From positions 3,264,001 through 3,328,000 of the forward strand of contig CAVRAY010000001.1 in NCBI GenBank assembly GCA_963719225.1: DNA of 64,000 nucleotides. The letters run 5' to 3'. Source of the DNA: Thermoanaerobaculia bacterium. GTDB lineage: Bacteria > Acidobacteriota > Thermoanaerobaculia > UBA5066. The notes under the pieces were generated by a model. The model worked only from the letters and a program-made list of their open reading frames with translations, had not been told where the DNA came from and did no database searches. Both the position numbers and the translations under genes were made by a program. Shown here piece by piece: positions 9,389 to 18,144 of the stretch (the stretch's first letter is position 1; the number at the start of each line of letters is the position of its first letter).

Positions 9389-10498
9389 GTGAATGGTCTC
9401 CTACGCGCCTATGCCCTCGGCTTCGCCTTCGCTATTGCTCTTCCAGCGGCCAGCCAGACGATCACGACGATCGCCGGCGACGGCACGCACGCGTTCTCGC
9501 CGGACGGCAGCCTCGCGGCCACGTCCTCTCTGGCGCTCGCGCTCGATTCGGTCGCGAACGTCGTCGAGGACCGCGACGGCAATCTCGTCTTCTCGGAAGG
9601 CAACGCGGCACGCGTGCGTCGCATCCTGAGGAAGACGGGGGCGCTCGAGACGGTCGCGGGCAGCGGCCGCGCGGCATTCGCGGGCGACGGCGGCCCCGCC
9701 ACGGCGGCGGCTTTGAAAGCTCCGTCCGAGATCGCGATCGACCGCCGCGGCAATCTCTACATCGCCGATGCCGCGAACTACGTCCTCCGGCGCGTCGACG
9801 CGAAGACGAAGGTCATCACGACCATCGCCGGCATCCGCAGGAACACGTTCACCGGGGACGGCCCCGCCTTGGAGATCGCCCTCGCGCGTCCCGGCGGTGT
9901 GGCTTTCGATCGCAAGGGCAGGCTGCTCATTGCCGACACCATGAACGCTCGCTTGAGACGGCTCGACTTCACGTCCGGGCTGATCGAGACGCTTGCCGGA
10001 AGCGGCGACATGGTTTTCAACGGGCGGCCGGGAAAAGGGCTCGAGACCGGCATGGCACGGTTGAGCGCGCCGAGGTCCGACCGCGCGGGAAACGTCTGGT
10101 TCTGTGCGACCGGGAACAATCGCGTCCTGAAGCTGGACGTAAAGACGGGCCTCGTCGAGGTGGCCGCGGGTAACGGGCTGAACAGGTACGGCGGGGACGG
10201 CGGGCCGGGGCCGGACGCGCAGCTCAACCAGCCCTCATCGCTCGTCCTCGACGGCGCGGACAACGTCTTCATCGCGGATACGCTGAACCACGCGGTCCGA
10301 CGTCTCGACGCGAAGACGCGGATCCTGACGACGGTCGCGGGAGACGGCACGCCCGGTTTCGAGGGGGACGGCGGCCCCGCGGCGAAGGCGAAGCTCAACT
10401 TCCTCACCGGACTCGGCCTCGACGGCAAGGGCAACCTGTACGTCGTCGACGCGATCAACGCTCGCATCCGGAAGATAGAAGGCGTGGCGGTCCGATGA
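9389..10498 (+). CDS. Secreted NHL-repeat beta-propeller protein
   Basis: About six repeats of the type TxAG.G..GDGGPA..A.L..P..(I/V)A.D..GNLYIAD. Confidence 0.85.
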   Translation: MNGLLRAYALGFAFAIALPAASQTITTIAGDGTHAFSPDGSLAATSSLALALDSVANVVEDRDGNLVFSEGNAARVRRILRKTGALETVAGSGRAAFAGDGGPATAAALKAPSEIAIDRRGNLYIADAANYVLRRVDAKTKVITTIAGIRRNTFTGDGPALEIALARPGGVAFDRKGRLLIADTMNARLRRLDFTSGLIETLAGSGDMVFNGRPGKGLETGMARLSAPRSDRAGNVWFCATGNNRVLKLDVKTGLVEVAAGNGLNRYGGDGGPGPDAQLNQPSSLVLDGADNVFIADTLNHAVRRLDAKTRILTTVAGDGTPGFEGDGGPAAKAKLNFLTGLGLDGKGNLYVVDAINARIRKIEGVAVR

Positions 10499-10521
10499 GC
10501 CGGATCGCCCTGGGAGATTCC

Positions 10522-11667
10522 ATGAAAAGCGTCCTCGTGGGAGTCCTGGTGTCCGCCCTGGCTCCGGTCGCTGCTGCCCAGTCTCCTCCCGTGGCTCCCG
10601 TCGCATGGGCGTTCGCCGTTTCGGGGGATTCCCGCGATTGCGGCAATCTCGTGGTCCCCAAGATCGCCCGATCCATCGAGAACGAGGCCGCGGGTCCGCC
10701 CGCGGAGCTCTACTGGCACCTCGGAGATTTCCGGCGGATGTACGACATCGACTGCGACATCCTGAAGCGCCGGCACCCTTCCTACGACTGTAAGACCCGG
10801 CCACCGGACCAGCTCGACCGCTTCGAGATGGCGGAATACCTCGACACCGCTTGGGACGATTTCATCGAGCGACAGCTCGGAGCCTTCAAGAAGACGCCCG
10901 TCTTCCTGGCGATCGGGAATCACGAGCTCTACGGCAAGACTCGCGACGATTACCGGAGGACCTTCGGCAGGTGGCTGCTGCAATCCCCGATTCACGAGCA
11001 GCGCGTCCTCGACAACGCGAAGGGCGTCTTCTCGAGCGAAGGGAGCACGTACTACCGCTTCGTGAGGAAGGGAGTCGATTTCATCGCCCTGGACAACGCG
11101 GACGAAGCCGGTTTCTCGCGGGAGCAGCTCGTCTGGCTCACGCGTGTCCTCGCTGCGGACGCTGCGGACGTTTCCGTGAAGACGATCGTCGTCGGCATGC
11201 ACGCGGCGCTGCCCTACAGCACGTCGCGCGGCCACGCCATGGACGCCACGTGCGCCGGACTCTGCTCCGGGCAGCAGGCTTACGATCTCCTCTACCGCGC
11301 TCAGGGCCTCGCGGGACCGCCCGAGAAGCGCAAGCACGTTTACGTCCTCGCGAGCCATTCGCATTACTTCCTGGAGAACATCTACGACACGCCCGAGCAT
11401 CGCGGTCAGGTGCTGCCCGGCTGGATCATCGGGACCGCGGGTGCGCAGCAATACCGCGAGACGATCCAGTACGGGTACACCCGGATGGAGGTCCTCTCGG
11501 ACGGCACGCTCCTGGCCCGCTTTCGGGAAGTCGGCGCCGACGCTCAGCCTCTTGCGTCGGGTCCCGGCGCGAAGGAGCTCACGGACTTCTGCTACCAGGT
11601 CAACAAGAGGCCGCCCGGCAACGACGCGTTCAAGGGCGACTGCGCCTGCGGCGCGGCCGGAAAGTAG
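10522..11667 (+). CDS. Secreted calcineurin-like metallophosphoesterase
   Basis: Signal peptide from ATG 10522 (GGAG upstream); motifs GDSRD, HLGD, GNHE, GMH and SHSH. Confidence 0.75.
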   Translation: MKSVLVGVLVSALAPVAAAQSPPVAPVAWAFAVSGDSRDCGNLVVPKIARSIENEAAGPPAELYWHLGDFRRMYDIDCDILKRRHPSYDCKTRPPDQLDRFEMAEYLDTAWDDFIERQLGAFKKTPVFLAIGNHELYGKTRDDYRRTFGRWLLQSPIHEQRVLDNAKGVFSSEGSTYYRFVRKGVDFIALDNADEAGFSREQLVWLTRVLAADAADVSVKTIVVGMHAALPYSTSRGHAMDATCAGLCSGQQAYDLLYRAQGLAGPPEKRKHVYVLASHSHYFLENIYDTPEHRGQVLPGWIIGTAGAQQYRETIQYGYTRMEVLSDGTLLARFREVGADAQPLASGPGAKELTDFCYQVNKRPPGNDAFKGDCACGAAGK

Positions 11668-11682
11668 GCGGCGGCCGCCTTC

Positions 11683-12858
11683 TCAGCGGACGGTCTCGTA
11701 CCCGCCCGGCAGCCCATCCCTCGAAAGCACGAGCTGCCAGACGTCGTTGTAGCGAGCGCGGAACGAGCCCGCGCACGCGCGCAGGTAGTACGACCACAAG
11801 CGGTAGAAGCGGTCCGTGTAGCGCTCCCGGAGCCGGTCCCAGCCCGAGCGGAAGTTCGAGAACCAGGCCATCAAGGTGGGCTCGTAGTGCGGCCCGATGT
11901 TCTGCCAGTCCTCGAGGACGAAGAGGCCCTCGAGCGCCCCCGTGATCTGGGCCATCGAAGGAACGAGGCTGTTCGGGAAGATGTACTTTTCGATCCACGG
12001 GTCGCACGCGGCAGTGGACACCCGGCTCCCGATCGTGTGGAGGACGAGCAGACCTTCCGGAACCAGGCATCGGCGCGCGACGTCGAAGAACGTCCGGTAC
12101 TGCCGGACCCCGACGTGCTCGAACATGCCGACCGACACGATCGCGTCGAAGGTCCCCGTGAGGTCGCGATAGTCCTGAAGGAGGAGCTGCACCGGTAGCC
12201 CGGCGGTTCGCGCACGTCCCAGCTCGAGCTGCTCTTTCGAGACGGTGATCCCGACGGCCGAGACGCCGTACCGCTCCGCCGCGAACGAGGCGAAGGAGCC
12301 CCAGCCGCAGCCGATGTCGAGAACGCGCATGCCGGGCGCGAGGCGCGCCTTCCGGCAGAGGAGGTCCAGCTTCGCCTCCTGCGCTTCGTCCAGCGTCCGG
12401 GCCGAGGCCCAGTACCCGCAGCTGTACGTCATGCGCCGGTCGAGCATCGTCTCGTAGAGGTCGTTGCCGAGGTCGTAGTGGCGCTCGCCGATCTCGAACG
12501 CCTTCGACCGGCGCCCCGAGCTCCTCAGCCGCGCGAGGACGATTCGTGGGAGATCGCGCCAGACCCGGACTTCACGCGCCAGATCGGCGGACAGCAGGCG
12601 GTAGAAGAACGTCTCGAGCTCCTCGCAATCCCACCAGCCGTCGACGTAACTCTCCCCGAGGCCGAGCGAGCCGTTCGCAAGCACGCGATCGCAAAAGCGC
12701 CCGTTGCGGATCCTGGGATCCCACGGCGCGTCTCCATCGAGCGTGATGCCGGCGCGCGCGAAGAGATCCTGGAGAACGAGTCTGCTTCCGGGTATCCCCG
12801 GCTCTCTCTCGGTGAGCCAGGAGGGCTCGGCGTTGGGGGCGGTTGGAGCGAATTCCAT
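11683..12858 (-). CDS. cfa: Cyclopropane fatty acyl phospholipid synthase
   Basis: GLGESYVDGWW, HYDLGNDL, YSCGYW, VLDIGCGWG, VGMFEHVG and WIEKYIFP. Confidence 0.92.
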   Translation of the reverse strand: MEFAPTAPNAEPSWLTEREPGIPGSRLVLQDLFARAGITLDGDAPWDPRIRNGRFCDRVLANGSLGLGESYVDGWWDCEELETFFYRLLSADLAREVRVWRDLPRIVLARLRSSGRRSKAFEIGERHYDLGNDLYETMLDRRMTYSCGYWASARTLDEAQEAKLDLLCRKARLAPGMRVLDIGCGWGSFASFAAERYGVSAVGITVSKEQLELGRARTAGLPVQLLLQDYRDLTGTFDAIVSVGMFEHVGVRQYRTFFDVARRCLVPEGLLVLHTIGSRVSTAACDPWIEKYIFPNSLVPSMAQITGALEGLFVLEDWQNIGPHYEPTLMAWFSNFRSGWDRLRERYTDRFYRLWSYYLRACAGSFRARYNDVWQLVLSRDGLPGGYETVR

Positions 12859-12927
12859 CGCTCTCTCTCTCGAAGCGAATTCTGTGCCGCGATTATCGCC
12901 GGTGTCAACGCCGCGCTCTCTCGGGAA

Positions 12928-13404
12928 CTAGCGTCCGGCGGCGACGGCGCCGCGCGGCGAATCGATGCCGAGAGCTCGCGACGCGCGGGAGGCGACCTCG
13001 AGGAGGGAGACCGTCGCGGGACGGCGAGGCTCTGGGCCTGCCCCCGTCGTCTCGGTGCCGAAGGGGCTGCCCGGCTCACGAAAGTGGTTCGCGATGATTC
13101 CGTTCCGTGCCGGCAGCGCCCCCGTGATCGCGGCGACGTGGGCGGCGGGCGTCAGGGACGGCGTGACGTCCACGGCGCGCCCGGCGAGGAGGCCGCGCTG
13201 GGCGATCGTCGAGAAGCCGCCGGCCGTCAGCTTCCCCCGGGACAGAAGCTCGTTCAGCCTCACGCCGCCGAGACCATCGAACGAGATGACCACCGTGCGT
13301 CCCGCGGGTGCGGGTGGCGCCGACGCGCACCGCACGAGCGCGACGACGCCGAACGCGAGCGCCGCCGCTCGGCGCGGACTAAACCGACGAAGCCAGTTCC
13401 TCAA
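12928..13404 (-). pseudogene. Internally deleted alkaline-phosphatase-superfamily (nucleotide pyrophosphatase/phosphodiesterase) gene
   Basis: N-terminal VVISFDG and PSLTPAAH..ITG..NGIIAN motifs are joined directly to a C-terminal-like VSLLEVA..ALGI..P segment; only 158 aa. Confidence 0.6.
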
Positions 13405-15167
13405 GTGAGCCTAGGGTGCCACGGAGATCGCCCCGAGAGGTTCCCGATCTGCTGTGCGCTGCGACGCAAGCCCTCGAGCCGCCCGAGCTCGGCGGCGACG
13501 CTCGCGTCGCCTTCGGCGTGCCGTGCTTTCGCTCGCTCGAGCGCGCTCACGGCGGACTGAACGGCCTCCGAGAGGCGTGATCGGATCTCGGCCTCGAGGC
13601 GGCGCCGGCTCTCGCGCACGCGCTCGATGAGGTCGTTCTGGATGCGTGCGCTGTTCGAAGAAAGGAGCCGCTCGAGATACGCGGCGGCGTCGCGGGAGAC
13701 CGCGCGGCGAAGCGCTCCCCTCGTCCGGAAACGGTCCAGGATCCAGGAGAAAAGTGACGGCTGTGCCACCGCGAGGAGCTCCGTGTAGAACAGCCGGGAC
13801 TTCGCCCGGAATCCGGCCTCGGGGCCCAGCTCTTTCGGGAACATCTCGAGTCCGAGCTCGCCGGACTTCAGGAAGCGCCGGAGAAACTCGTTTCCGAGAG
13901 TGAGGAAGCGTTCGGCGGCTCCGCGATAGAGCGCCTCGGCGGCCGGCTGCTCGGACGCGAGCCACGCGTCGAGGCAGCGCCGGGCGATTGCGACGGCCGC
14001 GTCCTGAGCCCGGGCTCGGAGCGGGCGGAGCGAGGTTACCGAAGCTGCCGTCTCGATCTCGCGCACGAGGTCCCGCACGGCCGATTCGAGAGCGGCGGCG
14101 AGAAACGTCTCGCGGTCTTTCTCGAACCTTTTCGTGAGCCGGTCGACCTCCGCCATCAGGAGATAGCCGAGGTCGGCCATCGAGCGCTCGGCCTCCGCCA
14201 CCGACGCGGTGAGGCTCCCGATTCGTTTCTCCGACTCCGCGACCGGCCGAACGAGCGCGTCTCGCTGCTCGTCGAGCTCGGCGATCAGCCGCCCGAGAAA
14301 CCGCTTGATCGCCCTTTGCTCGGCGTCACGCACGAGGGAAGCGCCCGAGTCGCGCGCGAGGCGGTCGAGCGCGGTTTCCAGCTTCTCCCAGTCGCGCGTC
14401 GGGCCCGAGAGGAGCCTCTCGGTCGCGCTGACCATCAGGAGGGGAGAGGGGCGCGGGCCCAGCCGCTCCTTCAGGACACGTTCCGTGAACCGGGCGGCTT
14501 CGGCCGACTCGACGGCCGGTAGCCGGTCGGCCTTGTTGAGGACGAAGAACAGGTTCTCGACGTGGCGCGAGACCTCCTCGACGAGGGCAAGCTCCTCGCC
14601 GGAGATGGGGGGGTCGGAGCCCAGTACGACGATCGCCGCGTCGACGTGCGGGACGAACGCGCGCGTCGTCGTCGTGTTCCCGGCGAAGACCGAGCCGATG
14701 CCGGGCGTGTCCACGAGGCACATTCCCGAAGCGAGGAGCGGGCTCGGCACGAAGACCTCCACCGCCTCGACGCCGATCCTGTTCTCCGAATTACTCTCCT
14801 CGGAGACGTAAGCCGCGAGGTCGTCCGGTGGGACGTCCCGCCACGAGCCTCCCGAGCAGCGCACCCGGGCCGAGAGGCGCTCGCCCCAGCGCAGGACCGT
14901 CGCGACCGACGTGACGGGCAGGACGCCCACCGGGAGGACCGCGCTGCCGGCGAGCGCGTTCAGGAGGCTGGACTTCCCCCGCTTGAACTGCCCGACACAG
15001 GCCACGTAGAAGCGGCCTTCCGCGACCCGCTCGGAAACAGTCGTCGCTTCCGAGGCGATCCGCGGAGCGCCTGCCTCGGACGCGAGCCGCGCGAGGTCCC
15101 GCAGGCCGGCGGCGGGGGGCGCTTCGGCCTCGATGAGCGGGCGGCTCGAATCCTGCTGCTGAAGCAC
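13401..15167 (-). CDS. Bacterial dynamin-like GTPase
   Basis: G1 GQFKRGKS, G2 PVT, G3 DTPG, G4 NKAD and a long helical stalk. GTG 15167 lies 6 nt after AGGAG (the track uses TTG 15173). Confidence 0.85.
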   Translation of the reverse strand: MLQQQDSSRPLIEAEAPPAAGLRDLARLASEAGAPRIASEATTVSERVAEGRFYVACVGQFKRGKSSLLNALAGSAVLPVGVLPVTSVATVLRWGERLSARVRCSGGSWRDVPPDDLAAYVSEESNSENRIGVEAVEVFVPSPLLASGMCLVDTPGIGSVFAGNTTTTRAFVPHVDAAIVVLGSDPPISGEELALVEEVSRHVENLFFVLNKADRLPAVESAEAARFTERVLKERLGPRPSPLLMVSATERLLSGPTRDWEKLETALDRLARDSGASLVRDAEQRAIKRFLGRLIAELDEQRDALVRPVAESEKRIGSLTASVAEAERSMADLGYLLMAEVDRLTKRFEKDRETFLAAALESAVRDLVREIETAASVTSLRPLRARAQDAAVAIARRCLDAWLASEQPAAEALYRGAAERFLTLGNEFLRRFLKSGELGLEMFPKELGPEAGFRAKSRLFYTELLAVAQPSLFSWILDRFRTRGALRRAVSRDAAAYLERLLSSNSARIQNDLIERVRESRRRLEAEIRSRLSEAVQSAVSALERAKARHAEGDASVAAELGRLEGLRRSAQQIGNLSGRSPWHPRLT

Positions 15168-15172
15168 GGGCA

Positions 15173-15234
15173 ACTCCTACCTGAGGTAGGAGTCATCAGC
15201 CCTCGCAAGGCGGTTCAGGCGGACTCCATCGCCC
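15173..15234 (-). ncRNA. Fluoride riboswitch (crcB motif) with translational expression platform
   Basis: Minus strand reads GGCGATGGAGTCCGCC-TGAACC-GCCTTGCGAGGGC-TGATGACTCCTAC, giving P1, P2 and the GGAGT/ACTCC pseudoknot. A 9-bp inverted repeat ACTCCTACC/GGTAGGAGT covers the SD. Confidence 0.9.
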
Positions 15235-15247
15235 TTCGTTCTGCCAA

Positions 15248-15253
15248 ACTATA
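15248..15253 (-). promoter_or_regulatory. Putative -10 box for the riboswitch-dynamin transcript
   Basis: TATAGT 14 nt upstream of the aptamer's GGCGATGG. Confidence 0.5.
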
Positions 15254-15336
15254 CAGCGCGGACGATCCTCCCGCCTGGCGGCTTCGAGCTGCGGGGGGGT
15301 CAGTTCTGGATCAACGGGAGAGCGTAAAATGGACTC

Positions 15337-15663
15337 ATGGGCGTCTCCTGCGAGCGCTTGAATCTGCTGCTCGTCGCGTTCGCGTTCTTCTTCGCATGCG
15401 TACACGGACCCGAGCGGCGTCACCAGAGCCCTGCGAGTTCCCTCGGCCTTTCTGGCGCCTGCTCGTTCGAGGCGGCCGCACCCGACGCTGACAACGGCAA
15501 CCCCGAGGCTGGTCAGGAGTTCCACGAGAGCGCCGCGGCGGTCGAAGCCCTGCCGCAGGTTGGCTTCCGCACCGAATCGCGATTTGCGCGTCGCAACCTG
15601 AAGGACCCCCGCGAGGGACGTCTCGTAGGTTTCGGCGAAACCCCGCCTCCCCGGGCGGCGTAG
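15337..15663 (+). CDS. Small exported/leader-like hypothetical protein ending TPPPRAA
   Basis: TAAAAT 6 nt before the ATG; hydrophobic N-terminus; Pro-rich C-terminus. Confidence 0.5.
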   Translation: MGVSCERLNLLLVAFAFFFACVHGPERRHQSPASSLGLSGACSFEAAAPDADNGNPEAGQEFHESAAAVEALPQVGFRTESRFARRNLKDPREGRLVGFGETPPPRAA

Positions 15664-15731
15664 CGCCCCGCGCCGGAACAGGCGCGCGCCTCGAGCTGCC
15701 CAACCCGCAGAGAAGAAAGGGGAATGTCCCT

Positions 15732-15902
15732 ATGTCTGATCTCCGTCCGGATTCCGTGCAACCTCCACCCTCATCGTCCGTCCCCGTCCCTGACTTCACG
15801 CCGATCGTCAAGGAACGCCGCTCGCCCGTCGTCTTGATCCTCGGCGTGGTTGCGGCGCTCGCCGCCACGGTGCTCTTCATCCTCGCAAGCACAGTGTCGT
15901 GA
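15732..15902 (+). CDS. 56-aa single-TM microprotein (not in ORF track)
   Basis: MSDLRPDSVQPPPSSSVPVPDFTPIVKERRSPVVLILGVVAALAATVLFILASTVS; purine-rich RBS (AAAGGGG); GTGA overlap with the next ORF. Confidence 0.65.
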   Translation: MSDLRPDSVQPPPSSSVPVPDFTPIVKERRSPVVLILGVVAALAATVLFILASTVS

Positions 15903-16003
15903 CTGTCACTCGTCAAGATAAGCGTGATCTGCTCAAGGTGGCGGCGTTCGTCGGCGCAGTCGTCGTCATCATCGTGCTGCTCAAGATGATTCTCGGCTAT
16001 TGA
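15899..16003 (+). CDS. 34-aa single-TM microprotein (not in ORF track)
   Basis: MTVTRQDKRDLLKVAAFVGAVVVIIVLLKMILGY; GTGA overlap upstream and TGATG overlap with the antiporter start. Confidence 0.65.
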   Translation: MTVTRQDKRDLLKVAAFVGAVVVIIVLLKMILGY

Positions 16004-17322
16004 TGCGGGTCGGCGTGCGCTGGTTCCGCCCGTCACTCTTCCTCTTTTTGTTCGTCCCGGCTTCCGCCCTGGCGGCGGAGGCCGGGGCGGCGCACACCGA
16101 TCCCGTGTCGGGGCTCGTGCTCTGGCTGGCCGTGATCCTGATCGCCGCCAAGCTCGGGGGCGACCTGGCGGCGCGCCTCGGCCAGCCTTCGGTGCTGGGC
16201 GAGCTGCTCTTCGGCGTGCTTCTCGGGAACCTCGGCCTCCTCGGTGTCACGGCTCTCGAGCCGATGAAGACCGATGCCGGAATCGACATCCTCGCGCGTC
16301 TCGGCGTGCTGATCCTCCTCTTCGAGGTCGGGCTCGAGTCGACCGTTGGTCAGATGCTGAAGGTCGGCGCCTCTTCCCTCCTCGTGGCGGTCCTCGGCGT
16401 GATCGCCCCTTTCGGCCTCGGCTGGGCGGTTGGCGCCTGGCTGCTGCCGGACCACAGCGCGTTCGTTCACGCGTTTCTGGGCGCGACGCTGTCGGCCACG
16501 AGCGTAGGGATCACGGCGCGCGTGCTGAAGGACCTCGGCAAGTCGTCCAGTCGGGAGGCACGCATCATCCTCGGGGCCGCCGTCATCGACGACGTTCTCG
16601 GCCTCGTCATCCTCGCCGCGATCACGGGCATCATCGAGGCCGCGAACCGCGGCGGCGAGCTGTCGGCCGCGAGCATCGGGTCCATTTTCGTCAAGGCTGT
16701 CCTGTTCCTGGTCGGATCGCTCGCGCTCGGCGTCGCGTTCTCCAGAAAGCTCTTTTCGGTCGCATCGCGCCTCCGGGCGCGCGGTGTCCTCCTCGCCGCC
16801 GGTCTCGCCTTCTGCTTCCTGCTCTCCTGGCTCTCGAGCCTCATCGGTCTGGCGCCGATCGTCGGGGCCTTTGCGGCGGGCTTGATACTCGAAGAGTCGC
16901 ATTACGAAGACTTCGTGGAGAAGGGCGAGCACGAGCTGGAGGAGCTCGTCCATCCCATCTCGCAGTTCCTGGTTCCCGTGTTCTTCGTCCTCATGGGGCT
17001 GCAGACGGACCTCCGCTCGTTCTTGCGCCCCGGGGTTCTCGGCCTTGCCTCGGCGCTCACCTTCGCGGCGATCCTTGGCAAGCAGGCGTGCGCCGCAGGC
17101 GCCCTCGGCAAGGGACTGAATCGCGTCGCGATCGGGATCGGCATGGTTCCACGCGGCGAGGTCGGCCTCATCTTCGCGAACATCGGCCTCGCACTCATGG
17201 TGAACGGCGAGCGTGTCGTCGATCCTTCCATCTACTCCGCCGTTCTCGTGATGGTGATCGTGACGACGATGATCACGCCGCCCGCGCTCAAGTGGGCGAT
17301 GGAGCGCCGAAATAGCCTCTGA
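16003..17322 (+). CDS. CPA2-family cation/H+ antiporter (NapA/KefB-like)
   Basis: 12-13 TM segments; GQPSVLGEL, LLFEVGLE, ATSVGITARVL, AAVIDDVLG and GMVPRGEVG. Confidence 0.9.
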   Translation: MRVGVRWFRPSLFLFLFVPASALAAEAGAAHTDPVSGLVLWLAVILIAAKLGGDLAARLGQPSVLGELLFGVLLGNLGLLGVTALEPMKTDAGIDILARLGVLILLFEVGLESTVGQMLKVGASSLLVAVLGVIAPFGLGWAVGAWLLPDHSAFVHAFLGATLSATSVGITARVLKDLGKSSSREARIILGAAVIDDVLGLVILAAITGIIEAANRGGELSAASIGSIFVKAVLFLVGSLALGVAFSRKLFSVASRLRARGVLLAAGLAFCFLLSWLSSLIGLAPIVGAFAAGLILEESHYEDFVEKGEHELEELVHPISQFLVPVFFVLMGLQTDLRSFLRPGVLGLASALTFAAILGKQACAAGALGKGLNRVAIGIGMVPRGEVGLIFANIGLALMVNGERVVDPSIYSAVLVMVIVTTMITPPALKWAMERRNSL

Positions 17323-17409
17323 TTGCCGGCGAAAGACGCCCGAAAAGGCCGCCGATGAAGGGTGGCTCCATCGCCGTCGTTGCGGATTCAAGTATAACGT
17401 CTCGCGCGT

Positions 17410-17793
17410 ATGCGGCTCTCTCTCCTCCTCCTCGTTTTTCTCGGCGGCGGCATCGGCTCGGTGTGCCGCTACGCGATGGCCACGACGCTTCAGAAGAACT
17501 TTCCAGGCCCGTTTCCCGTCGGCACTTTTCTCGTGAACCTGCTCGGGTGCTTCGCGATCGGCCTCGTCGGGGCCCTCGGCCTCGAGCGCGCGGCGATCTC
17601 GCCCCAGGCGCGCGTCTTCCTGATGGTCGGAATCCTCGGAGGCTTCACGACTTTCTCGTCCTTCGCGTGGGAGTCGCTCGGCCTTCTCACGGTGAAAGAC
17701 CTGCTCCGCGTCTCGCTCTACGTGGGCGGGTCCGTCTTCTGCGGGCTCCTGGGGGCGTTTCTCGGCCGTTCGATGGGGAGGATCGGCACATGA
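17410..17793 (+). CDS. crcB: Fluc fluoride channel
   Basis: GGGIGSVCRY, GTFLVNLLGCF and GILGGFTTFSSF; 127 aa with 4 TM segments. Confidence 0.93.
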   Translation: MRLSLLLLVFLGGGIGSVCRYAMATTLQKNFPGPFPVGTFLVNLLGCFAIGLVGALGLERAAISPQARVFLMVGILGGFTTFSSFAWESLGLLTVKDLLRVSLYVGGSVFCGLLGAFLGRSMGRIGT

Positions 17794-18143
17794 AGGACGT
17801 CACGACCGCGAAGCTGCTGCGCATCCACATCGGCGAGCTGGACCGGGCGCGGCATCGGCCGCTCTTCGAGATCCTCGTGGGCGAAGCGCGGGCGGCCGGC
17901 CTTTCGGGCGCGACGGTCCTCCGGGGCATCGAGTCCTTCGGCGCGTCGAGCGTCGTCCACCGCGCGCGGCTCCTCGAGCTCTCCGAGGACCTTCCGATCG
18001 TCGTGGAGATCGTGGATACGGAGGAGAAGATCCGGGCTTTCCTCGAGCGCATCGAGCCCATCCTCGACGAAGCGGCCTGCGGCGTCCTCATGACGATGGA
18101 GAGGGTCGAAATCCTGCGCTGGGCTCCGAAGAAGAAGGGGTGA
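17790..18143 (+). CDS. DUF190 (PII-like) protein
   Basis: LLRIHIGE, GATVLRGIESFG and LSEDLPIVVEIVD; ATGA overlap with crcB, the usual pairing. Confidence 0.88.
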   Translation: MKDVTTAKLLRIHIGELDRARHRPLFEILVGEARAAGLSGATVLRGIESFGASSVVHRARLLELSEDLPIVVEIVDTEEKIRAFLERIEPILDEAACGVLMTMERVEILRWAPKKKG

Positions 18144-18144
18144 A

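Noticed and set aside
9389-10498. Recurring GGCGACGGCGGCCC-like DNA repeats
   Set aside because: Explained by protein-level NHL repeats (GDGGPA).
17323-17409. Functional fluoride riboswitch controlling crcB
   Set aside because: The only similar sequence is on the opposite strand and lacks the 3' half; it is reported as a relic instead.
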